64,000 bases of DNA from an uncultured Pseudomonadales bacterium (lineage in GTDB: Bacteria > Patescibacteriota > Microgenomatia > UBA1400 > Chazhemtobacteraceae): contig CAYQZQ010000001.1 of the NCBI GenBank assembly GCA_964422035.1, forward strand, positions 587,786 to 651,785, in the 5' to 3' direction. How positions within the stretch are numbered: position 1 is the first letter of the stretch; the number at the start of each line of letters is the position of its first letter. The position numbers were made by a program, and so were the translations under genes. The notes beneath the pieces were generated by a model. That model was not told where the DNA came from. It did no database searches and saw only the letters and a list, made by a program, of their open reading frames with translations. Positions 19,466 to 29,536 of this stretch are shown here, piece by piece.

Positions 19466-20890
19466 ATGAGCAAAGAAGGTCATTTTTACGTAACAACTAC
19501 CTTGCCATATGTTAATGCAGATCCTCACATTGGATTTGCTCTAGAGTTAATTCAGGCTGATGTTTTGGCTAGATATAATCGCTTAATTGGAAAAAAAGTG
19601 CTTTTTAATACAGGAACGGACGAGCACGGTCAAAAGATTTATCAAAAAACAACTGAGCAAGACATTAACCCTCAAGATTATGTGGATGAATACTCAAAAA
19701 GATTTAAGAAGCTGAGAGGAGCTTTGAATTTGAGTTATAACAATTTCATTAGAACGACGGATAAAAATCATGTTGAGGCTGCGAGAGAGATGTGGCGAAG
19801 ATGTAAAGAAAGTGGCGATATTTACAAGGCTGATTATAAAATCAAGTATTGTGTGGGCTGTGAGATGGAGAAAACAGATTCCGAGTTGGAGGACGGCAGG
19901 TGCAACTTGCATCCCAATAAAGAGATTGAGATTAGGAAAGAAGAAAATTACTTCTTTAGGTTTTCAAAGTATGAAAAAGAGCTAATGAAGTTATACGAAA
20001 GTGAGGGGAATTTTATTGTCCCAGAAAATAGATTGTTGGAAATGAAAAACTTTGTTGAGAGCGGCCTTAAAGACTTCAGCATCTCAAGATTAAAGGAAAA
20101 AATGCCTTGGGGAATACCTGTTCCGGGCGACGATGAACATGTTATGTATGTTTGGTTTGATGCTTTAACAAATTATATTGCGGCTGCAGGTTGGCCAGAA
20201 GATAAGAGTGATTTTGATAAATGGTGGCCAGCGGTTCAGGTGGCAGGCAAGGATAATTTGCGACAACAGGGCGCTATGTGGCAGGCAATGCTTTTATCAG
20301 CTGGCTTACCAAATTCTAAACAGGTATTGATTCATGGCTTTATCACGAGTGGTGGAAAGAAGATGAGTAAGAGTTTGGGAAACGTAGTGAATCCATTTGA
20401 TTTGGTGGAAGAGTATGGAGCTGAAGCGGCTAGATATTACTTGTTGGCTAAAATTTCTTCTGATAAAGATGGGGATTTTACTACTGAAAGATTTGAAGAA
20501 GTTTATCAATCAGATTTAGCCAATGGTCTGGGAAACTTGTTATCAAGGGTAACAGCAATGGCAGAAAAGTCTAAGTGGCAGTTTCCTAAAAGAGAGGAGT
20601 ATGGAATTAATTTGATGGTGGGTGAAAAAATAGAAAATTTTGAATTTAGCAAGGCAATGGAAATTATCTGGGAGGACATCAGATCGGCAGATAGATATAT
20701 AAATGAAGAAAAAGTCTGGGAACTGGAAGGAGAAGAGCAAGCAGGAGCTTTGGATGTTTTGATTAATAAGTTGCGCCAGATTGCGGTAGACATAACTCCT
20801 TTTATGCCAGAGATCTCAAAGGAAATTCAAAAGAATTTAGAAAGGGGGCAAATTAAGAAAAGTGAGGGAATTTTCCCTCGTTTAGAATAA
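19466..20890 (+). CDS. metG: Methionine--tRNA ligase, short form
   Basis: YVTTTLPYVNADPHIG, GTDEHG, YVWFDAL, KMSKS. Confidence 0.96.
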   Translation: MSKEGHFYVTTTLPYVNADPHIGFALELIQADVLARYNRLIGKKVLFNTGTDEHGQKIYQKTTEQDINPQDYVDEYSKRFKKLRGALNLSYNNFIRTTDKNHVEAAREMWRRCKESGDIYKADYKIKYCVGCEMEKTDSELEDGRCNLHPNKEIEIRKEENYFFRFSKYEKELMKLYESEGNFIVPENRLLEMKNFVESGLKDFSISRLKEKMPWGIPVPGDDEHVMYVWFDALTNYIAAAGWPEDKSDFDKWWPAVQVAGKDNLRQQGAMWQAMLLSAGLPNSKQVLIHGFITSGGKKMSKSLGNVVNPFDLVEEYGAEAARYYLLAKISSDKDGDFTTERFEEVYQSDLANGLGNLLSRVTAMAEKSKWQFPKREEYGINLMVGEKIENFEFSKAMEIIWEDIRSADRYINEEKVWELEGEEQAGALDVLINKLRQIAVDITPFMPEISKEIQKNLERGQIKKSEGIFPRLE

Positions 20891-21658
20891 ATGGTTATTG
20901 ATACTCACTGTCACTTAATTGATGATGCGTTTGATAAAGATCGAGAGGCTGTAGTTCAAGATGCAATAGAGAGGGGTGTTGAAAGAATGATTGTTCCTAG
21001 TACAAGTTTGAGAGAATCTAAAGAGGTTGTTGGCTGGGTAGAAAGAACGGATGGCGTGTTTGGACTGGTTGGAGTTCATCCTGAGACTGTAATGAAAAAT
21101 GAAAAAATAGAAGTCGAAGGATTGAGAGAGTTGGCGATAAATGAAGGTGTGGTAGGTATTGGAGAGATTGGTTTAGATTTTTACTGGGACAAAGAAAAGA
21201 AGAGTAAGGTTAAGCAAATGGAAGTCTTTGAAAAACAAATGAAGATGGCGTCTGAGTTGGATTTACCAGTTGTGATTCACATGCGAGAAGCAGAGGAGGA
21301 GATGAAGAAAGTCTTAGGCAAGCTAGAGGTCCTGCCAAGAGGTCAGTTTCATTGCTGGTCTGGGAGTGAAAGTTTTTTGAAGTATGTTTTGGGCAAAGGT
21401 TTTTATGTTAGTTTTGCTGGAAATGTAACATATCCTAAAGCTGAAAAATTAAGAAAGCTGACAAAGATGGTGCCTGTTGATAAATTGCTTTTTGAGACAG
21501 ATTCCCCGTATTTAGCTCCTCAAAAGAAGCGTGGGACAAGAAATGTGCCTGAAAATGTTATAATTATAGGGAGATTTTTGGCTGATCTTTTGGGCATTTC
21601 AGAAAAAGAGCTGTTTGGAAGAGTCAGACAAAACACAAGAGAATTGTTTAATATATAA
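20891..21658 (+). CDS. tatD: TatD family DNase
   Basis: DTHCH, GVHP, GEIGLD, HCWSG, ETDSPYL. Confidence 0.93.
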   Translation: MVIDTHCHLIDDAFDKDREAVVQDAIERGVERMIVPSTSLRESKEVVGWVERTDGVFGLVGVHPETVMKNEKIEVEGLRELAINEGVVGIGEIGLDFYWDKEKKSKVKQMEVFEKQMKMASELDLPVVIHMREAEEEMKKVLGKLEVLPRGQFHCWSGSESFLKYVLGKGFYVSFAGNVTYPKAEKLRKLTKMVPVDKLLFETDSPYLAPQKKRGTRNVPENVIIIGRFLADLLGISEKELFGRVRQNTRELFNI

Positions 21659-21667
21659 AAGTCTACA

Positions 21668-23179
21668 ATGAATAGATTATTATCTCCCATTAGAAAATTA
21701 ATTATAAAATACCCAAGAAGGTCAGAAAGAGTCTTGGAGATCTTGCCAGGTTTTGTATCTTGGAGTTTAATTTTATTTCCAGTTTGGGGCTCATTTTTTT
21801 GGCCTATCGGGGTAGCTTATTACATTATCGCCTTTGATGTTTACTGGTTTTACCGATCAGTATCCATGGGGGTAGCAGTTTTGGTAACTCATTTTAGAAT
21901 TAAGGCAGCTAGTAGTTATGATTGGATGGGCGATGTTAACGATTTCCCCGGATGGGAGGAGATGAGACACGCGATTGTAATACCAAACTACAACGAGCCA
22001 ACGCATCTTCTTGAAAGAGCTTTAGATAGTTTAGTTGCACAAACATTCCCAAGCAACAAGATCATTCCGATCATTGCGTGTGAGGAAAGAGCTGGAAAAG
22101 AGTTGTTTGAAGAAAGAAAAAGGGTATTAAAAGATAAATTTGAAGGCAAGTTTGATAAATTGATGTTCACTTTGCATCCGGCAGATATTGAGGGAGAAGT
22201 GGCTGGGAAATCAGCAAATGCTGCTTGGGCTTCTAAGAAGTTTAGAGAGGAAAAAGAGAAACATCCCGAATGGGAGGATAAGTATATGACCATTTCTTCT
22301 ATGGACATGGATATGGTTTATCACCCTAATTATTTTGCTAATTTGACTTACAACTTTCTAGATAATCCCGATAGGTACAGAAGGATCTGGCAAGGCGCAA
22401 TTGTTTACTACAACAACATCGATCAAATCCCGGGCCCGATGCGAGTATTTAATAGAATATCTTCGATCTTTCAGATGGCTTTATTGGTCAGGCAAGACAG
22501 ATTGATTAATTTTTCTACTTATTCAATGTCGGTTAAGCTAATGGAAGAGGTGGGATACTGGGATGCTGATGTTATTCCAGAAGATTATAGAATGTTTTTT
22601 AAGAGCTACTTTACTACTGGGGGAGAAGTTGAGGTTGAGCCGATTTTCTTGATTATTTCAGGGGATGCAGCAGAGTCTCACAATTTCTGGGGGACATTTA
22701 AAAACACTTATACACAAGTAAAAAGATGGGCATGGGGGGCAAGTGACGATGCATATATTTTGAAGAATTATTTTTTAGACACAGAGGCAGACTTTGGCGA
22801 TAAAACAGTAAGGGTGTTTAAGATTCTTGAAGATCACTTTTTGTGGCCTGTTAATTGGTTTATCGTTACTTTAGGAGCCACTTTGCCTCCCCTTTTGAAT
22901 GAAGATTTTTCGAGAACAATCATCGGTAAAACATTACCTCAGATAGCAAGTGCGATCTTAACTGTGTCGTTGGTTAGCTTAGTTGCAAGCCTATTTGTTG
23001 AGTTTAGAGCAAGGCCTGATTTAAAAAATTCTTCTTTGTTCAAGAAGATCATGGCTCCTCTTGAATTGATACTTTTACCATTTGTTGGGCTTTTCTTTTC
23101 AGCATTACCGGGACTGGAAGCACACACTCGTTTAATGCTTGGGAAATATATTGAATACCGAGTGACTGAGAAAGTTTAA
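21668..23179 (+). CDS. Glycosyltransferase family 2, membrane-bound and processive-like
   Basis: IPNYNEP, GKSAN, DMD, EDY, QVKRWAWG (QxxRW) plus TM helices. Confidence 0.85.
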   Translation: MNRLLSPIRKLIIKYPRRSERVLEILPGFVSWSLILFPVWGSFFWPIGVAYYIIAFDVYWFYRSVSMGVAVLVTHFRIKAASSYDWMGDVNDFPGWEEMRHAIVIPNYNEPTHLLERALDSLVAQTFPSNKIIPIIACEERAGKELFEERKRVLKDKFEGKFDKLMFTLHPADIEGEVAGKSANAAWASKKFREEKEKHPEWEDKYMTISSMDMDMVYHPNYFANLTYNFLDNPDRYRRIWQGAIVYYNNIDQIPGPMRVFNRISSIFQMALLVRQDRLINFSTYSMSVKLMEEVGYWDADVIPEDYRMFFKSYFTTGGEVEVEPIFLIISGDAAESHNFWGTFKNTYTQVKRWAWGASDDAYILKNYFLDTEADFGDKTVRVFKILEDHFLWPVNWFIVTLGATLPPLLNEDFSRTIIGKTLPQIASAILTVSLVSLVASLFVEFRARPDLKNSSLFKKIMAPLELILLPFVGLFFSALPGLEAHTRLMLGKYIEYRVTEKV

Positions 23180-23332
23180 TCGAAATGGGCGGACAAAGGT
23201 AAGGTGAAGAGTTGTTAATATAAGGGCATTGGAGTAGTCGAAAAGTTTATGTTGTGAAATGGTGAGGCTAAGATTAAGAAATTATTACTCATTGTTGGCC
23301 ATGACTTGTGTGATAAGGAAAAAAATAATTAA

Positions 23333-24841
23333 ATGAAGATATTGATGAAAAAAAGATGGCAAGCTTTTAAAGACTGGGTCGAGAATAATCGAGGGGTAAT
23401 TATAGTTTTGTTAATTGTGTCTTTATTGCGGGTTCCGAACTTGTTTGAGCCAGCATGGTATGGAGATGAGGGGATTTATTTAGCGGTGGGACAGGGGATA
23501 AAGCGTGGTTTGGTTTTATACAAAGAGATCTTTGATCATAAGCCACCAATTATTTATTGGTTAGCTGCCTTATCTGGTGAGCTATTGTGGTTTAAGGTGG
23601 TTGGAATCATAGCTAATTTTTTAAGTATAGTAGTGATACATAAGATTAGTGAGAAGTTGTTTAGTAAAAAGAATGTTTCATTTGTAGTTACGTTGTTTTT
23701 TGGTGTAATTACTACTCTTCCTTGGATTGAAGGGAATATTGTTAATGCTGAGTTGTTGTTTATCTTGACAACAAGTTTGGCAGTATGGATTTTGATCAGG
23801 AAGAGAATGATGAATGTTAAGTGGGTTGATTTATTATTTGCAGGAATTATGTTGGGGGTTGGTGTCTTACTAAAAGCCCCCGTTTTATTGGATATAGCAG
23901 CTGTTTCTCTTTGGTTTATTGCCTTTAGAAAGGGATTGAAGATCTATTGGGGAGAGATTTGGAAAGTGGTGGTTTTGGGAGTTGGGGTTCTTATTCCTTC
24001 AGCTTTGGCTGGTATATATTTTTGGATAGAGGGAGTCTTTAATGAATATTTAATTGCAGCATGGGGTCAAAACTTTTCTTATCTTAGTTCTTGGGGGGGC
24101 GGAGAAGGATTATCTACGGGGGCTGCTGAAGGTGGGGGATTAATGATGAGGGGGATTGTTTTAGTAGTTTGGTTGTTGATTGTTTGGTGGTGGACTAGAA
24201 AAGAAAAAGTGAAAATGAGATTGATTGTGGTATGGTTTGGGATGGCTTTGTTTGGAGCTCTATTGGCGGGAAGACCTTATCCTCATTACTTAATCCAAAT
24301 CGCCCCGGCGGGAGCTTTGTTAATTGGAGTAATTTGGGAGACAAAAAATAAAGGAACTGTGCTTAGCGGTTGCTTGGGACTGATGTTATTGGTAGTAGCT
24401 ATTTTTAAATATGATTTTGGTTTTTATAAATCAGTAGAGTATTACAAAAATTTTGGACGTTATGTAGCTGGCAAGATAGGACAAACAGAATTTTATGATA
24501 GTTTTGACTGGAGGGTAAGTAGAAATTATCAAATCGGTAAATATATAAGAGAAAGGACAGATAAAAATGATCGAATTTATATTTGGAGTGATGAACCTAA
24601 TATTTACGTTCTTTCAGAGAGATCTCCAGCAGGTAAGTGGGTGATGGCTTATCATATTGATATTTTTGACAAAAAAGATGGGGTTTTGGAAGCTATTAAA
24701 GAAGAAAAGCCTAAATTTATTCTTTGGCCTAAAGAAGCAAGAGAGTTTAAAGCTTTGTCCTCCTATAGAGAAGCATGGTATATACAAGTAGAAGAATTTC
24801 AAGGGATGAAGGTTTATCGCAGAATGAATTGGAAGCAGTGA
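23333..24841 (+). CDS. GT-C fold glycosyltransferase (ArnT/PMT-like)
   Basis: WYGDEGIY, LYKEIFDHKPP, NAE, RPYPHY; many TM helices. Confidence 0.8.
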   Translation: MKILMKKRWQAFKDWVENNRGVIIVLLIVSLLRVPNLFEPAWYGDEGIYLAVGQGIKRGLVLYKEIFDHKPPIIYWLAALSGELLWFKVVGIIANFLSIVVIHKISEKLFSKKNVSFVVTLFFGVITTLPWIEGNIVNAELLFILTTSLAVWILIRKRMMNVKWVDLLFAGIMLGVGVLLKAPVLLDIAAVSLWFIAFRKGLKIYWGEIWKVVVLGVGVLIPSALAGIYFWIEGVFNEYLIAAWGQNFSYLSSWGGGEGLSTGAAEGGGLMMRGIVLVVWLLIVWWWTRKEKVKMRLIVVWFGMALFGALLAGRPYPHYLIQIAPAGALLIGVIWETKNKGTVLSGCLGLMLLVVAIFKYDFGFYKSVEYYKNFGRYVAGKIGQTEFYDSFDWRVSRNYQIGKYIRERTDKNDRIYIWSDEPNIYVLSERSPAGKWVMAYHIDIFDKKDGVLEAIKEEKPKFILWPKEAREFKALSSYREAWYIQVEEFQGMKVYRRMNWKQ

Positions 24842-24853
24842 TATACTGTAGGC

Positions 24854-25201
24854 ATGGAAAAAGATGTCGAGAAAGATAAGAAAGGGATTGAAATAGTCAT
24901 AATTGTGTTGGCCGTTGTGTGGTTTCTTTCAGCAGCACTACTGCTGGTTTTTTGGAAAAAGCTCCCCCCAGAGATGCCGTGGTTTTATTCTTTGCCGTGG
25001 GGAGAAGAACAGTTGATAAGTAAAGAGGGGATGGTGTTTGTAATGGGTGGATTAGGAGGAGTGATAGGATTAGATATCTTTTTTGCCAAAAGACTGGAAA
25101 AAGAAGATGAATTTTTGACAAAGATGTTGCTGTGGGGAGCATTGGCTACAACAGGATTGGTTTTATTAAGTTGGATTAAGGTGTTGATAATCATTTTATG
25201 A
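24854..25201 (+). CDS. Small membrane protein (DUF1648-like)
   Basis: 3 TM; LPPEMPWFYSLPWGEEQL. Confidence 0.6.
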   Translation: MEKDVEKDKKGIEIVIIVLAVVWFLSAALLLVFWKKLPPEMPWFYSLPWGEEQLISKEGMVFVMGGLGGVIGLDIFFAKRLEKEDEFLTKMLLWGALATTGLVLLSWIKVLIIIL

Positions 25202-26295
25202 ACATGGAAGAAATGAGGTTAATATGGGGACCACTGTTTTTATCAATGGTTGTTTCTTGGGTTGTTAGTAAGCTGGTTATAAAGATTTATAAAAAAATAG
25301 GGTGGGTAATTGACCCTAAAAAACAAAAACACCCAGCACATGTCCACAAAAAACCGGTACCTAAAGGGGGAGGGATTTCAGTTTTTTTTGGTAGCGTAGC
25401 GGCAATGATGGTTTTTTTACCCTTAGACGGACATTTGATAGCAATCATTTTGGCGGGTTTGCTTTTGGTATCCGTGGGCGTTTGGGATGATGCAAGTGAT
25501 ATAAGCCCGATATTGAGATTGTTGGTAAATTTTTTGGCGGCAGGCATTGTAATTGGAGCAGGTATTGGAATTGCCTATGTAACCAACCCTTTTGGATCAG
25601 GAATAATTCATTTGAATCAACCACAATTAAGCTTTTATCTTTTGGATAAGCAAAGAAGCATCTGGCTTTTAGCTGATTTATTAGCTTTGCTGTGGATTCC
25701 TTTTATGATTAATGCTGTTAACTGGAGTAGTGGGCTAGACGGACAAATTGCAGGGGTGGTACCGATAGCTGCTGCTACTATTGGAATACTATCTTTTAGA
25801 TTTAGTGCTGATGTTACCCAGTGGCCGGTAGCTATTGCGGCTTTTTCTTTAGCGGGTGCTTTTTTGGGATATTTGCCATATAGTTTTTATCCCCAGAAAT
25901 CTATGCCTGGATATGGCGGGGCAGGTTATGCAGGGTTCATGTTGGCAGTTTTAGCAATTTTATCTACAACTAAGGTGGGAACGGCGATGGTGGTTTTGGG
26001 TGTTCCATTAATCGACGCTATATATGTAGGTGTAAGCAGAATTATTAAAGGGAAATTGCCTTGGAAGGGTGGGAGAGAGCATCTGCATCATAAGTTAATG
26101 GATCTGGGGTGGGGAAAAAGGCGAATAGCAGTTTTTTACTGGTTGGTTACTGGGTTATTGGGGTTGATTGCATTAAGTTTGAACAGTAGACAGAAGCTAT
26201 ATACAATGGTGGCAATAGCTGTTATTTTAGGAGGCTTTTTTATATGGGTATCGCAAGGGCACTTGTTAGAACTGCAAGACCAAGACAATGGTTAA
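25198..26295 (+). CDS. Polyprenyl-phosphate GlcNAc-1-phosphate transferase (WecA/TagO, GT4/MraY family)
   Basis: HKKPVPKGGG, GVWDD, NAVNWSSGLDG, HLHHKL. Confidence 0.88.
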   Translation: MNMEEMRLIWGPLFLSMVVSWVVSKLVIKIYKKIGWVIDPKKQKHPAHVHKKPVPKGGGISVFFGSVAAMMVFLPLDGHLIAIILAGLLLVSVGVWDDASDISPILRLLVNFLAAGIVIGAGIGIAYVTNPFGSGIIHLNQPQLSFYLLDKQRSIWLLADLLALLWIPFMINAVNWSSGLDGQIAGVVPIAAATIGILSFRFSADVTQWPVAIAAFSLAGAFLGYLPYSFYPQKSMPGYGGAGYAGFMLAVLAILSTTKVGTAMVVLGVPLIDAIYVGVSRIIKGKLPWKGGREHLHHKLMDLGWGKRRIAVFYWLVTGLLGLIALSLNSRQKLYTMVAIAVILGGFFIWVSQGHLLELQDQDNG

Positions 26296-27176
26296 AAAAT
26301 GTGGCTTTATTGGCTCCGCTTATATTTAGCGGACTTTTAATTGTACCTGGCAAGCTGGAGACTGCAATAAATGCGGTTATCATATTTACGATTTTAACCA
26401 GCAGTGTCTATATTCTTAATGATTTGTTGGATTTGCCAGCTGACAAAAAACATCCTTTTAAGAGAATGCGCCCTTTGCCTTCTGGAGATTTACCCATAGG
26501 GATGGCTGTGTTTGCGATGATGTTTGGAATAATAGTTTCTTTAAGTTTGGCGTATTCAATGAACTTCTTCTTCTTTTTGATTGCGTTGACTTATTTTATT
26601 TTGTCAGGAATTTTATATACATTGTGGTTTAAGCAAGTACCAATTGTAGATGTAATTACTATTGCATCAGGGTATGTATTAAGAGTGTATGCCGGCTCCG
26701 TGGTGATCGATGCTCATATGAACGTGTGGTTTTTGTTAACAGTCATATCACTATCTTTATTTTTGGCGGTAGGAAAGAGAAGAAGTGAGATGACACTTTT
26801 GTCTGAGTCTGGTGAAACTAAAGAGATAAGAAAAACTTTGAAAAGATATACGGGAGGATTGCTTGATATTTATACGGCGATGTTTGCAACTGCAACCTGG
26901 CTTACATATGCATTATTTACTTTTAATCAGCCAAAGATTTTTTTAGGAGGAAAGTTTTTGACTTTAATGTCAGTTTTACCAAGAACATTTATGAATGAAA
27001 AATGGTTAATGGTAACTATTCCTTTTGTAGTATATGGGGTAATGAGGTACTTGCAGCTGATTTATGAAAAAAATGAAGGAGAAAGTCCTGAGAAGGTATT
27101 GCTTAGTGACAAACCTTTAGTGTTAACTGTGTTAACTTGGGGGGTTTTGGTGATTGGCTTGATATACGGGGTATAA
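26244..27176 (+). CDS. UbiA-family polyprenyl-phosphate phosphoribosyltransferase (DPPR synthase-like)
   Basis: RPRQWLKN, YILNDLLDLPADKKHPFKRMRPLPSG, GKRRSE. Confidence 0.85.
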   Translation: MGIARALVRTARPRQWLKNVALLAPLIFSGLLIVPGKLETAINAVIIFTILTSSVYILNDLLDLPADKKHPFKRMRPLPSGDLPIGMAVFAMMFGIIVSLSLAYSMNFFFFLIALTYFILSGILYTLWFKQVPIVDVITIASGYVLRVYAGSVVIDAHMNVWFLLTVISLSLFLAVGKRRSEMTLLSESGETKEIRKTLKRYTGGLLDIYTAMFATATWLTYALFTFNQPKIFLGGKFLTLMSVLPRTFMNEKWLMVTIPFVVYGVMRYLQLIYEKNEGESPEKVLLSDKPLVLTVLTWGVLVIGLIYGV

Positions 27177-27181
27177 AAGAT

Positions 27182-28087
27182 TTATTTTTTTCCGGTGGTG
27201 ATTACAGCATCATAGTTGGAGTCTAGGTTGAGCTGGCCAGAAAGAGATGCTGAGAAAGATCCGCTTAGGGCATCGCTTAAAAGGTTGAAGAGTTGGTTGG
27301 ATGCGTCAGGATGTAGGCTGATTTGAGTTTGTTGGTAGTCGAAGGTGCTAGCGTTGGCTGTTTCAATTGATGTAAAGCCGGCTTCTACCAAGAGGTCTTC
27401 AGCTTGCCCTGCTTGTCCAGGGGTGCCAGTGCCATTTAATACTTGAATCGAGTATTGAGAGAGGTCAAAAGCGGTGTCTTCGATTTGGGCTGACTGAGTG
27501 CCAAGTATGGGTTCCTGTAGATCAGTTTGTTGGGACAATTGGGCAGAGATTGTTAGGCGATATCCGGGCAGAGTACGAGCTCTGATTGTCTTATCCTTAA
27601 ATCCGGGGGATGTGAGGGCAATGACGTGCTCACCAGTTTGAATTGTTTCTAGCGAGATGGGAGTAAAACCTTTGGGGGCACCATCAACTGAGACATTGAC
27701 GGAGTCTGGCAAGGTAGAAATGGCTAGCTCTGTGTCTTTTTGAGATGATATTTTTTCAAAAGAGAGAATGTAACCATGATTTTGATCAGAATCCTTGCTT
27801 AGCTTACGGTCGACGACAGTGAGAATGTTGGGACTTAAAGTTATTGTAGTCTGCCAGGGAGAAAGTTGCGGATCTTGAGGGGTAAGTTGAAGGGTGTATT
27901 GACCAGGTTCTAGATCTTCTTTTACTAAAGGTGTTGTTCCCAGTGAAGTACCATCAAACATAACAGTGGATTGGGGGGTAGAGGTGACCTGAAGCCCAGC
28001 CTTTTTTTTGTCGAGAAATGGTATTTTAAGTTGACAGGCTGAAAGGAAGAAGGAAAGAGAGATAAAAACTAATATTTTTTTAAACAT
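27182..28087 (-). CDS. Lipoprotein with two PEGA domains and a LytR C-terminal domain
   Basis: Lipobox LSAC; VxSTP..VxxDG..GxTP twice; IQVLNGTGTPGQAG and DAVITTG (LytR_C). Confidence 0.8.
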   Translation of the reverse strand: MFKKILVFISLSFFLSACQLKIPFLDKKKAGLQVTSTPQSTVMFDGTSLGTTPLVKEDLEPGQYTLQLTPQDPQLSPWQTTITLSPNILTVVDRKLSKDSDQNHGYILSFEKISSQKDTELAISTLPDSVNVSVDGAPKGFTPISLETIQTGEHVIALTSPGFKDKTIRARTLPGYRLTISAQLSQQTDLQEPILGTQSAQIEDTAFDLSQYSIQVLNGTGTPGQAGQAEDLLVEAGFTSIETANASTFDYQQTQISLHPDASNQLFNLLSDALSGSFSASLSGQLNLDSNYDAVITTGKK

Positions 28088-28169
28088 GTTCTTGCTTAGT
28101 TTAACAAATTAAAGGTGGTTTGTGGATATTATAAGAGAAAAGAGAGGCTAGGTGGTAAAATGTGTGTGT

Positions 28170-28244
28170 GGCGCAGTGGCGAAGTTAGTCTAACGCGGCG
28201 GTCTGCAAAACCGCTATTCACGGGTGCAAGTCCCGTCTGCGCCT
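28170..28244 (+). tRNA. tRNA-Cys (GCA)
   Basis: Acceptor GGCGCAG/CTGCGCC, anticodon arm GCGGT-CTGCAAA-ACCGC, T arm ACGGG-TGCAAGT-CCCGT, discriminator U; TGxTAAAAT upstream. Confidence 0.93.
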
Positions 28245-28256
28245 CAATTTTGTTTT

Positions 28257-29336
28257 TTAATTGTTTTCTGAGACCTTGGCAGCTTGCTCAATTAAGCGAT
28301 TGGCGTATCCCCATTCATTGTCATACCAGGCCAGTATTTTGATAAGATCTCCGTCTACAACTTTGGTCATACCGAGGTCAACAATAGCTGATTCAGGGCG
28401 ACCGATGATATCAGAGGAAACAAGAGGTTGATGAGTGACAGCTAAGATTCCTTTATACAGGGGGTGTTTTGAAGCGTCTATAAAAATTTGATTAACTTCT
28501 TCTACGCTGGTGGTTTTTTTGGTAACAAAGGTGAAGTCGGTAATTGAGCCGGTAATGACAGGGGCTCTTAAGGCTAAGCCATCAAACAAACCTTTTAATT
28601 CCGGAATGGTTTCTGTGGTGGCATTAGCAGCTCCGGTTGAGGTAGGCACTATGTTTTGGGCAGCAGCTCGAGCTCTGCGCAAGTCTTTATGAGATCCGTC
28701 TTGAATGTTTTGAGAGTCAGTATAGCCGTGAACTGTAGTTAGCATAGCCTTTTTAATCTCAAGCTTGGAGTGCATTACTGCTGCTATTGGGGCAATGCAG
28801 TTGGTGGTACAGGAGGCATTATTTATCATAAAGGTTGAGCCGTGAGGTGAAAGCTTGACTTGATCTTGATTGACGCCGATAACGGAGGTGGGCAGGTTGC
28901 CACCCTTAGAAGGGGCAGAAACCACAACAAACTTAGCACCGGCTTCAAGGTGTTGCTTGGCCTTTTCTTCAGTGCGAAATGCACCGGTACACTCTAAAAC
29001 TACATCTGGTTTATATTTATTCCAGGGTAGTTTTTTAGGGTCTCTTTGAGCCAGAATTGGGATCTTTTTGTCTTTGACGTTTATATATCCTATAAGAGGG
29101 TCTTGGTCATTAGCTTTTTGAGGGTCTTTTAGATCCTCAGCCTGAAGGGGGGTTTTTAGAATACCGTAGGCAGTGTCGTATTTGGCCAGATGAGCCCAGT
29201 CCGAGGCTTTCATGGATCCAGAGGTGTTAATGGCAACAAGATCAAGTTGCTCAATATAGCTTTTAAGCCAGATTCTAAAGCTTAGGCGGCCGATACGTCC
29301 AAAACCATTGATTGCAATATTAGTTGGAGCAGACAT
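28257..29336 (-). CDS. gap: Glyceraldehyde-3-phosphate dehydrogenase type I
   Basis: INGFGRIGR, NASCTTNC, WYDNEWGY; likely start ATG 29336 (track ORF extends to 29372). Confidence 0.96.
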   Translation of the reverse strand: MSAPTNIAINGFGRIGRLSFRIWLKSYIEQLDLVAINTSGSMKASDWAHLAKYDTAYGILKTPLQAEDLKDPQKANDQDPLIGYINVKDKKIPILAQRDPKKLPWNKYKPDVVLECTGAFRTEEKAKQHLEAGAKFVVVSAPSKGGNLPTSVIGVNQDQVKLSPHGSTFMINNASCTTNCIAPIAAVMHSKLEIKKAMLTTVHGYTDSQNIQDGSHKDLRRARAAAQNIVPTSTGAANATTETIPELKGLFDGLALRAPVITGSITDFTFVTKKTTSVEEVNQIFIDASKHPLYKGILAVTHQPLVSSDIIGRPESAIVDLGMTKVVDGDLIKILAWYDNEWGYANRLIEQAAKVSENN

Positions 29337-29504
29337 TGAGATAAGTATGAAGGATTCAGTAAAAGTATGCAAGATAAAAATTTTAAGGGTCCCCTAGCCT
29401 ATTTTGAGGCTAAAAATTGAAGGTTTAGACGGATATATGCGTCTTTTTGTCTAGTTTTGGGTTATCTTTGGTTAAGGCTAAAATTGTTTTTGAGGCTAGC
29501 AGAC

Positions 29505-29533
29505 TTGACAAGAGGGTGATAACTAGATAGTAT
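29505..29533 (+). promoter_or_regulatory. Sigma70 promoter upstream of the structured leader and M23 gene
   Basis: TTGACA (29505-29510), 17 nt, TAGTAT (29528-29533). Confidence 0.7.
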
Positions 29534-29536
29534 TAC

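Noticed and set aside
23180-23332. 153-bp intergenic gap as possible sRNA or small ORF
   Set aside because: No convincing stems or start-to-stop ORF on either strand
28115-28342. 75-aa ORF on +
   Set aside because: Overlaps tRNA-Cys and the end of gap; spurious
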